Assembly (NCBI GenBank): GCA_035546935.1
Contig: DASZVP010000002.1
Location: forward strand, 38,564-62,563
Source of the DNA: Candidatus Saccharimonadales bacterium
GTDB taxonomy: Bacteria > Patescibacteriota > Saccharimonadia > Saccharimonadales > UBA4665
Reading direction: 5' to 3'
Length of the DNA: 24,000 bases
Shown here: in pieces, positions 7,658 through 14,126 of the stretch
Layout of the letters: every line of letters begins with the position of its first letter
Position numbering within the stretch: the first letter of the stretch is position 1
Notes under the pieces: model-generated
Database searches by the model: none
What the model was told of the DNA's origin: nothing
What the model saw: only the letters and a program-made list of their open reading frames with translations
Made by a program: the position numbers and the translations under genes

Positions 7658-8053
7658 CTACGTTAGCCTATCCAATACCACAACAACAATAGTTTGGGCC
7701 AAAATGGCTATTGCCACGCCAATCAATGAATAGGTGAGCGCGTTACGCGCTTCGGCCACCTTGCTCGAGTCACCGCCGTCAAGCGCCATCCGCATACCGC
7801 TGACCACTACACCGATAATGGCTGCAATACCGATTACCCAGGATAAAACTTCAATGGCTATTTTAATGGTGTGGATCACAGGATTATTGCTGCCGTTGTC
7901 ACCGCCCTGCGAATCGACATCTTGGCAGACAGCCGGGTTGCCACCGGCGCTATCTTTACCGCAGTGTTGGAAAAGATCTACGGCAGCAGCTTGGCCAACC
8001 GTCGCAGTGGCCAAAACTAAAGGTGCCAGCAACATTAAGATGATACGTTTCAT
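7658..8053 (-). CDS. T4SS pilin-like protein (TrbC/VirB2-like), paralog 3
   Basis: This is a 131-aa protein with a signal peptide (…GQAAA) and a Cys pair (HCGK…AVCQD). It continues with a TM helix, 'SGMRMALDGGDSSKVAEARNALTYSLIGV' and a second TM helix. Its start overlaps the stop of paralog 4 by 4 nt. Confidence 0.7.
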   Translation of the reverse strand: MKRIILMLLAPLVLATATVGQAAAVDLFQHCGKDSAGGNPAVCQDVDSQGGDNGSNNPVIHTIKIAIEVLSWVIGIAAIIGVVVSGMRMALDGGDSSKVAEARNALTYSLIGVAIAILAQTIVVVVLDRLT

Positions 8054-8382
8054 AGGCGGCTCAATACTAATGACACTATGGCTTCGGCGCTAATCGCCAC
8101 CGCTAAACCAACCAATGCATAAATGATAGTCTGGCGGGCCTTGCTGATTTCTTCGGGGTTGCCTTGAGCTGTAATAAACTTCAGGCCACTAATGACAATA
8201 ATTAAAACGGCAATCGCACCCATAATGCCAAACACTATCTGTAAAACCTCGTGCACTTGATTGGAGCTCACGCCCACCGTTGGCAGACCGGTATTACAAC
8301 TGGTTTGCGTTTTGGGGTCACACAAGGCTTGAGCAGTAGCCAGGAGATGCATGACGTAGTGGGCGGCAGAGTTCATAATCAT
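8050..8382 (-). CDS. T4SS pilin-like protein (TrbC/VirB2-like), paralog 4 (short N-terminus)
   Basis: This is a 110-aa protein with a short, atypical leader (MIMNSAAHYVMHLLATAQA) and a Cys pair (LCDPKTQTSC). It continues with a TM helix, 'SGLKFITAQGNPEEISKARQTIIYALVGL' and a second TM helix. Confidence 0.7.
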   Translation of the reverse strand: MIMNSAAHYVMHLLATAQALCDPKTQTSCNTGLPTVGVSSNQVHEVLQIVFGIMGAIAVLIIVISGLKFITAQGNPEEISKARQTIIYALVGLAVAISAEAIVSLVLSRL

Positions 8383-8385
8383 ATT

Positions 8386-8760
8386 TTACTTGATACTCTT
8401 TGCTACAAAGGACACAATCGCGGCTGCCATAACGGCTATGGTTAGGCCAACCAGGGCGTTGACAATCATGTTTTTGGCCTTGGCGGTTGCCTCGGTCTCG
8501 GCCTGGCTAGTTATATAGGTAAAGCCACCGTAAATCACAAAGATAACAGCGATAACAGCGGCCAAGCGCAGCAGTATCTCGATAACAGCCGCAACGATGA
8601 GCCAGATGTCGCTCAAACTGCCAAGTTGCGGTGTACAGAGGCCAGAGTTAGGATCTGTGGTTTGTTTAAGGTATTCATACCAGGTTGGAAATCCCAAAAA
8701 GCCGGAGTGAGCACCATTGGTACAAGCGGCGGCAAAATTAGAGAAGGCGGTAGCGATCAT
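8386..8760 (-). CDS. T4SS pilin-like protein (TrbC/VirB2-like), paralog 5 (divergent N-terminal region)
   Basis: This is a 124-aa protein with no canonical signal peptide. Its Cys pair is widely spaced (AAACTNG…SGLCTPQ). It continues with a TM helix, 'GGFTYITSQAETEATAKAKNMIVNALVGL' and a second TM helix. Its start overlaps the stop of paralog 6 by 4 nt. Confidence 0.7.
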   Translation of the reverse strand: MIATAFSNFAAACTNGAHSGFLGFPTWYEYLKQTTDPNSGLCTPQLGSLSDIWLIVAAVIEILLRLAAVIAVIFVIYGGFTYITSQAETEATAKAKNMIVNALVGLTIAVMAAAIVSFVAKSIK

Positions 8761-9152
8761 TGATGTAAGAATCCTGCTGGCAAAATGTAATTAAGAAAGG
8801 CGTAGCCGAAAATGTAAAACAGCATGGCCATAACTGTACTGCGGATGCGCTTCACGGCATTGGCCGTGCCGTTCGGATCCCCACCGGCTGCCGAATACTG
8901 AATGCCGGCCACAACCAGCGAGCCCACAATCACCAAGCCAACGCCATCGGAGAGAATGCGAATTATGGCAAAGACCAGGTCGGTGATCGGGTTGCCGATA
9001 CCTTTACAGCCAATATTAATGGCCGTGGTGATGCCGCTGTGCCCGCCACCACCGCCACCGCAAGTATCAGCAAAAGCTACGGCTGTGGGTGTCGCGGCAA
9101 AAAGCAGGGCTAGAGCAAAAGCTGAAATTAGTTTGTGTTTTATGCGCTGCAT
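8757..9152 (-). CDS. T4SS pilin-like protein (TrbC/VirB2-like), paralog 6 (first gene of the operon, most divergent)
   Basis: This is a 131-aa protein with a signal peptide (…AVAFA). Its Cys pair flanks a Gly run (DTCGGGGGGHSG…IGCKG). It continues with a TM helix, 'AGIQYSAAGGDPNGTANAVKRIRS' and a second TM helix. Confidence 0.65.
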   Translation of the reverse strand: MQRIKHKLISAFALALLFAATPTAVAFADTCGGGGGGHSGITTAINIGCKGIGNPITDLVFAIIRILSDGVGLVIVGSLVVAGIQYSAAGGDPNGTANAVKRIRSTVMAMLFYIFGYAFLNYILPAGFLHQ

Positions 9153-9160
9153 TTTCTGTT

Positions 9161-9189
9161 ACTATAGGTGCTTTTTGGCCTTTGGTCAA
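9161..9189 (-). promoter_or_regulatory. Promoter TTGACC-17-TATAGT for the pilin operon; ATG lies 8 nt after the -10 (candidate leaderless)
   Basis: On the minus strand, TTGACC is the revcomp of 9184-9189, followed by a 17-nt spacer and TATAGT (revcomp of 9161-9166). Then come aacagaaa and the ATG at 9152-9150. There is no SD. Confidence 0.5.
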
Positions 9190-9292
9190 GCTTGGGTACG
9201 CTGTTGGCGGCGCCTATGGCAGCTTTATTTTTTAGCATTAGGGTGATTAAATAAGAGCTGTAATTTAGCCGAACCAGGCTTCGGCGGACAGT

Positions 9293-11581
9293 GTGGGCAA
9301 ACAAATTTATATGCGATTAAAATTAAAACCAACCGGCAAACTCCGAAAAGTGTCGCTGATTGTCTTTCTTTCTATTGTTCTTTCACTAGAGTGGGGCAGC
9401 ACACTTCAGGGCCAGAGTCCGATTAGTGCCGATGCCCTGGCTGCCGGGCACCAAAGCCATTCATTACTGAGCAAGTTTACGCTGTTTGGCGACACCGTCG
9501 ACCCGAACTGCGAAAGCAGCGGTATCACCCTTAACTGGGTGTTTTGTGGCATTTATGATGGCATATCTGACAGCGCGACTTTCATACTGACACACTTAAT
9601 TGAGCCGGAGCTTAAGACCGCACCACTTTGTTTAAACGGCACAGGGCCTAACTGTAGCCCTCACGACCCCACCTATGCGATTTGGTCCAACTTCCGTGTT
9701 TATGGCGACATTTTTCTGGTAATTGCCTTGTTGGTGATTGTTTTTGGCGAGGCAATCGGTGGCGGGGTAATCGACTCATACACTGTTAAGCGAACCTTGC
9801 CGCGTTTGCTGGCAGCTGCCATTCTTATTAACTTGTCTATTTATATTGTCGCCTTCGCATTGGACGTCGGCAATATTCTTGGCGGAGGCATAGGCAGCTT
9901 GATTACCGCGCCGCTACAGGGCGCTGGCGCCTTCACTATCCACCCCAATGGAACAGTCGCCACCGCAGAAGTTGGAGCTCTTGGCATCATTGGTCTGGCA
10001 TTTGCCGCAAAAGGCGCAGCCGGTGCTCTAACCAGTAAAGCCGGCCTGAAGGCCTTGTTTACTTTGAAGGGCGGCTCAGTCCTTATCGATGGTATTCTCA
10101 TACCGGCTTTCCTGTTATTTGTGGCTATCCTAGCAACCATTGCTGTGCGAAAAGCCATCATTTTGGCCCTGGTTTTTGTCTCGCCTGTAGCCTTCGCGCT
10201 GTACGCGCTGCCCAACACCGAGCAGTACTTTAAGCGCTGGTGGAAGCTACTCCAAGAAATGGTGCTTGTCTACCCGATTATTGTGCTGATGTTTGCGGTC
10301 AGTGATGTTTTGTCGGTAACCGTCGAGGCACCCACAGCTACCACTGGCGCAGCCAGTGCAGGAGTAAACCTGCTACTATCCTTTGTTTTCTTGATCATCC
10401 CACTGTTTATGATTCCTTTCAGCTTTAAGTTAGCTGGTGGTGTCTTGGGGCGAATTCACGACTTCGTCGACAATGGCCGCCAAAAAGCACACAGCTGGAA
10501 CGAAGGCCGCCGCGAACGCGGCAAAGCCAAGTGGAAAGCAGCCGACGTCCAGACCCGCTCCGACCGCTATGCCGCAATGCAAAAGTACGCCTCCACTAAA
10601 GGCAAGCCTTTCAGAGGACTTGTAGGCGGTATGGCAGGTTTTTACGGCGGCTACAATATTGAGGCTGAAGCCTCCAAAATTCGCGCCGATACCGCCAAAG
10701 AGGTAAACGACCAGATTGCTACTGGTAAAGATGACGAAATTCGCGGCCTATTGATTGATAAAAAGACCGCTGAACGCAAAGTGGAGAACGGCAAAGTACA
10801 GTACCGCAGTCTTGGCGGTCAATGGGTTGATGAAGCGGCCGTCGATGCTGGTCAAGCTCGTTGGGGTCACGATACTTTTGCTATGCAAGCTGCTCTGTCT
10901 TACGAAATGCGTAAAGCCGACTCTGAAGAAGATGTTGCGCGTATTCGTAGCAACTTTGGCAATACCGCAAAAGCCCTTGGTGTAAGCAGGACAGCAGCTC
11001 AAGGGATGTGGATTGGTGCCGCTTTTGAAAACCAGAACCAGCACTTAGAATTCAAATACCGTGACTGGGAAACTGGCCAAATGAGTGCCGATAATGCTCG
11101 GAAGTTTGCTTCAGAAGCATACGAGAAGAAGGGCAGCTACCAAATGGCCCAGATGCATGCCAGCACTATCGAAAGCTTAAGCACGGCTTATGATGTAGCT
11201 GAACGAGCGGGCGACACTGAAACCATGGACAAAATTGCAGCTGTCGCCGAAACCTTTATGACACGTTACGGTGGTGCCGCAGGTGGTGCTGGGGCACCTG
11301 ACGATCCTGCTCAGCAAGCGGTTGCAGCACAACAAGCCCAACAGGCAGCTGCTTGGGCCGCCACCATGGGCGCCACACCTGTTGGCACCGGAGCTCCTGG
11401 TGCGGCTGGTGGACCAGTTCCACAAGCTGAGCCTGTGGTGCAGACAAACACACCTGGCGCAGGCCACGTGGCAGAGAAAGTACGCCAGCTAGCAGTCAAA
11501 ACCGGTGTTTACCGACCGCTTAGTCGACCTACTGATATTGGCCCCGAAGATTCGGGACCAACTATTGATCGCCAAAACTAA
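9293..11581 (+). CDS. VirB6/TrbL-like polytopic T4SS membrane protein with a large C-terminal hydrophilic domain
   Basis: This is a 762-aa protein; the start could be GTG 9293 or ATG 9311. It has an N-terminal signal/TM and a 4-Cys ectodomain, then about 7-8 hydrophobic helices across residues 130-400. A roughly 360-aa hydrophilic domain ends in a Gln/Ala/Pro-rich low-complexity tail. The architecture resembles the VirB6-like proteins of Gram-positive T4SS (TcpH/PrgH/ConG type). The call rests on architecture and context. Confidence 0.6.
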   Translation: MGKQIYMRLKLKPTGKLRKVSLIVFLSIVLSLEWGSTLQGQSPISADALAAGHQSHSLLSKFTLFGDTVDPNCESSGITLNWVFCGIYDGISDSATFILTHLIEPELKTAPLCLNGTGPNCSPHDPTYAIWSNFRVYGDIFLVIALLVIVFGEAIGGGVIDSYTVKRTLPRLLAAAILINLSIYIVAFALDVGNILGGGIGSLITAPLQGAGAFTIHPNGTVATAEVGALGIIGLAFAAKGAAGALTSKAGLKALFTLKGGSVLIDGILIPAFLLFVAILATIAVRKAIILALVFVSPVAFALYALPNTEQYFKRWWKLLQEMVLVYPIIVLMFAVSDVLSVTVEAPTATTGAASAGVNLLLSFVFLIIPLFMIPFSFKLAGGVLGRIHDFVDNGRQKAHSWNEGRRERGKAKWKAADVQTRSDRYAAMQKYASTKGKPFRGLVGGMAGFYGGYNIEAEASKIRADTAKEVNDQIATGKDDEIRGLLIDKKTAERKVENGKVQYRSLGGQWVDEAAVDAGQARWGHDTFAMQAALSYEMRKADSEEDVARIRSNFGNTAKALGVSRTAAQGMWIGAAFENQNQHLEFKYRDWETGQMSADNARKFASEAYEKKGSYQMAQMHASTIESLSTAYDVAERAGDTETMDKIAAVAETFMTRYGGAAGGAGAPDDPAQQAVAAQQAQQAAAWAATMGATPVGTGAPGAAGGPVPQAEPVVQTNTPGAGHVAEKVRQLAVKTGVYRPLSRPTDIGPEDSGPTIDRQN

Positions 11582-12183
11582 TTTGGTGGCATGCCGAGTA
11601 ACAGACGCCCGTTAGCTCGGGCTTGGCGCTCTAGATTTTCGACATTAATAGCCAGGTTGATGGTCTTTTGATCTATGCCATAAAGACCGTTTTCAAACGG
11701 AATGTCAGGATGCTCGCCACTAAATATTTCTGAACGTGAACCTTGAGTTGTGGCATACCCAGCCGCTTTCAGAAAGTCTGGGTGAATTGGGTAGGCGCTC
11801 AGGTCTACTGTCCCGAGGTCGACAGCTTTACCATCATCCTCTACGGCTTGAGTCATACGAATAGTGCCATCTTCCAGTAAACAGATGGTGCGCTCGCCCT
11901 TTTCATGAGTTTTAACACTTGAGATCGTCCAACCCTTACCTACTGAACTAATCTTTTTTCTTACACCATTTTTATCAACCTTGTCGACAGTTATAACCTC
12001 AAGGTCTGTGGCAACGTTTCTGCTTGCTAATACAGTGCGTAGATCAGAAAGGGCAACACCCAGCTCAGCAGCTAATTCCATTACTGCCGCTCGAGCCTCA
12101 GCGTCCCGTGTACGCACTTCGTCGCGCCATTCTTGGCGGCGTGTGCGAGGATTTGGCCGGTTAAAGAATGCTGGTGTTGTCAT
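11578..12183 (-). CDS. Hypothetical cytoplasmic protein with an HTH-like N-terminal segment, embedded antisense in the T4SS locus
   Basis: This is a 201-aa protein with no TM helix. The N-terminus is Arg-rich and is followed by 'MELAAELGVALSDLRTVL', which resembles a helix-turn-helix. A strong promoter lies directly upstream. Its stop overlaps the stop of the convergent VirB6-like gene (CTAA, 11578-11581). Confidence 0.6.
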   Translation of the reverse strand: MTTPAFFNRPNPRTRRQEWRDEVRTRDAEARAAVMELAAELGVALSDLRTVLASRNVATDLEVITVDKVDKNGVRKKISSVGKGWTISSVKTHEKGERTICLLEDGTIRMTQAVEDDGKAVDLGTVDLSAYPIHPDFLKAAGYATTQGSRSEIFSGEHPDIPFENGLYGIDQKTINLAINVENLERQARANGRLLLGMPPN

Positions 12184-12205
12184 AACTCTTATACATTAGC
12201 ATAAT
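12177..12205 (+). promoter_or_regulatory. Candidate promoter TTGTCA-17-CATAAT for the prgI-virB4-hydrolase operon, interdigitated with the opposing promoter
   Basis: TTGTCA lies at 12177-12182 and overlaps the start codon of the minus-strand gene. A 17-nt spacer precedes CATAAT at 12200-12205. The two -10 hexamers, 12193-12198 (minus) and 12200-12205 (plus), are adjacent. Confidence 0.45.
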
Positions 12206-12221
12206 AGGTTAAAAATGTCAA
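12193..12221 (-). promoter_or_regulatory. Near-consensus promoter TTGACA-17-TAATGT for the 201-aa gene; ATG lies 9 nt after the -10 (candidate leaderless)
   Basis: On the minus strand, TTGACA is the revcomp of 12216-12221, followed by a 17-nt spacer and TAATGT (revcomp of 12193-12198). Then come ataagagtt and the ATG at 12183-12181. Confidence 0.55.
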
Positions 12222-12242
12222 TCTAGACAGGGGTATTGGAGG

Positions 12243-13229
12243 GTGAATTTGCTATACTTATGCTTAATGGCAACTTATAAAGTGATTCAGGATATTGAGG
12301 CCGAGGACCACATCCTTGGGCCTCTGACGCTGCGCCAGTTTATATATGGGCTTATCTGTGCGTTTTGTTTATACCTTTGCTTTATCGGTTTCAGCAAACG
12401 GGTCTATCCGCTGCTGATTATTTTCTTCCCGCCGGCTCTGTTAACCGGCTTTTTCGCTTTTCCGTTTCGGCAGGATCAGCCGACGGAGATTTGGGCACTG
12501 GCTAAAGTGCGCTTTATGTTCAAGCCGCGACGACGGGTTTGGAGCCAAAGCGGCATTAAAGAGCTGGTAACTATTACGGTGCCTAAAAAGTTCGAGCCGC
12601 AGCTTACCAAAAACATGGACCAAGAACAGGTGCAAAGCCGCCTGAAAGCTTTGGCGTCCACCATCGACAGTCGTGGTTGGGCAATTAAGAATGTTGACTC
12701 TAATATGTACAGCCAGCCTTCGGACAGATTGGTAACACCTGATACCATACACCGTGAGGTGCCAGAATTGGATATTCGGGCATCGGACGACATTTTCGAT
12801 TCACAGAGCAGTCCGCTCAGCGCCCACTTTGAGCAAATGATTGGCGCAACTACAGAGAATCGGCGGCAGCAACTGACTGCCACTTTGACCGGGCAACCAG
12901 CGCCCAGCAATTTACCGGCCCCAAGTATGGATAAAGATCGCAGCTGGTTTATGAACCCTGTGGCTCCAAGTGTGGCTCCGGCGCCTACCGCTAACAGCCA
13001 TATGCGTACCTTGCAGCCCTTGAGCGACGGTCAGCAGACAGCATTACCTGCGACGACTATTCCGCAGCCGCCATCATCCGCCTCAGTCGCTAGTCCGGCC
13101 ACGCCCGATCCTGCTATACTTAATCTGGCAGGCAACAATGACCTAAATGTAGCCACACTGGCTCGCGAGGCACAAAAAGCTAAGCAGGGTGATGGCGCGG
13201 ACGGTGAAGTTGTCATTTCGCTCCATTAG
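12243..13229 (+). CDS. PrgI-family (VirB3-like) T4SS membrane protein with a long Pro/Ser/Ala-rich C-terminal extension
   Basis: The N-terminus 'YKVIQDIEAEDHILGPLTLRQFIYGLICAFCLYLCF…LLIIFFPPALLTGFFAFPF' matches the PrgI-family opening (a conserved …G.LT.RQ… motif plus two TM helices). The start is ambiguous among GTG 12243, TTG 12249 (6 nt after GGAGG) and ATG 12267. About 200 further residues are largely low-complexity. Confidence 0.65.
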   Translation: MNLLYLCLMATYKVIQDIEAEDHILGPLTLRQFIYGLICAFCLYLCFIGFSKRVYPLLIIFFPPALLTGFFAFPFRQDQPTEIWALAKVRFMFKPRRRVWSQSGIKELVTITVPKKFEPQLTKNMDQEQVQSRLKALASTIDSRGWAIKNVDSNMYSQPSDRLVTPDTIHREVPELDIRASDDIFDSQSSPLSAHFEQMIGATTENRRQQLTATLTGQPAPSNLPAPSMDKDRSWFMNPVAPSVAPAPTANSHMRTLQPLSDGQQTALPATTIPQPPSSASVASPATPDPAILNLAGNNDLNVATLAREAQKAKQGDGADGEVVISLH

Positions 13230-13277
13230 TTCGTCATTAACAGATTGGCGAACAAATAAAGGTGGGACAGTAAAAAC

Positions 13278-14126
13278 ATGAATCCTCAAGCACCAAGACC
13301 GGTCGATCCCTTGTCTCAAGGCGCCGCACCGGCTCCTCAGCCCGTGGCTCCCGGAGTTCCGGGCGCTGCTCCTGTACCGGTAGCTCCAGGTTTTCAGTCC
13401 AACCCCAACAGCACACAAAACACTCTGCAAATCGCGGAAGTCCGTGATGGAGTTGTTATTATGAACGACGGCTCGTACCGCTCAGTAATTATGGTCAAAA
13501 GCATAAACTTTGATCTGATGAGTGGTGCTGAGCAGGAAGCTGTGGAATATAGCTATCAGGGTTTCCTAAACTCCTTGTATTTCCCGGTGCAGATATTCGT
13601 GCGCTCTTCGAAAGTCGATCTGAAGCCTTATATTGAAAAGCTGGAGAAGATCCGCACCGAACATGAAAACATGCTGCTGGCCGTACTGATGGACGACTAC
13701 ATCGGCTACATCGATTACCTCAGCCAACGCACCAACATTATGGACAAAAAGTTTTATGTGGTGGTGCCGTTTTTCCCTGTTGTTGACGTCCAAAAAGCTC
13801 TGACTCAAAGCAAGAACTTCTTCAGCGGTTTGGGCGAGATTTTCAGCAAAAAAGAGCAGCATGTGACAATTAACGAAGCCGATTTAGAGGCTGCCAAAAC
13901 TGAACTGCGCAACCGCGTGCAAGCCGTGCTGGCCGGTCTGCAACAGTGCGGCATTCAAGGTTTGCCGCTGGATACACAGGAACTAATTGAGCTTTACTAC
14001 GACAGCTATAACCCAGATACCGCCACCCGCCAGTCGCTGAAGAGCTTCCCAGACTTGTCGGCTGATGTCATTAGCAAAGGTGAGGGTTCGGCGCCGCAAG
14101 CTCACTTGCAAAGGGAGATGCAGTAA
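13278..14126 (+). CDS. Protein resembling a VirB4 N-terminal domain (Gram-positive ConE/PrgJ type), encoded separately
   Basis: This is a 282-aa protein. A Pro-rich N-terminus is followed by 'LQIAEVRDGVVIMNDGSYRSVIMVKSINFDLMSGAEQEAVEYSYQGFLNSLYFPVQIFVRSSKVDLKPYI'. That stretch resembles the extreme N-terminal region of Gram-positive VirB4 ATPases. There is no Walker motif. The stop TAA overlaps the next ATG (TAATG at 14124-14128). Confidence 0.55.
   Translation: MNPQAPRPVDPLSQGAAPAPQPVAPGVPGAAPVPVAPGFQSNPNSTQNTLQIAEVRDGVVIMNDGSYRSVIMVKSINFDLMSGAEQEAVEYSYQGFLNSLYFPVQIFVRSSKVDLKPYIEKLEKIRTEHENMLLAVLMDDYIGYIDYLSQRTNIMDKKFYVVVPFFPVVDVQKALTQSKNFFSGLGEIFSKKEQHVTINEADLEAAKTELRNRVQAVLAGLQQCGIQGLPLDTQELIELYYDSYNPDTATRQSLKSFPDLSADVISKGEGSAPQAHLQREMQ

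Noticed and set aside
9046-9063. The Gly6-encoding run in pilin paralog 6, considered as a contingency repeat
   Set aside because: The DNA (ccaccaccgccaccg on the plus strand) is not a perfect homopolymer or short tandem repeat tract long enough for slipped-strand mispairing.
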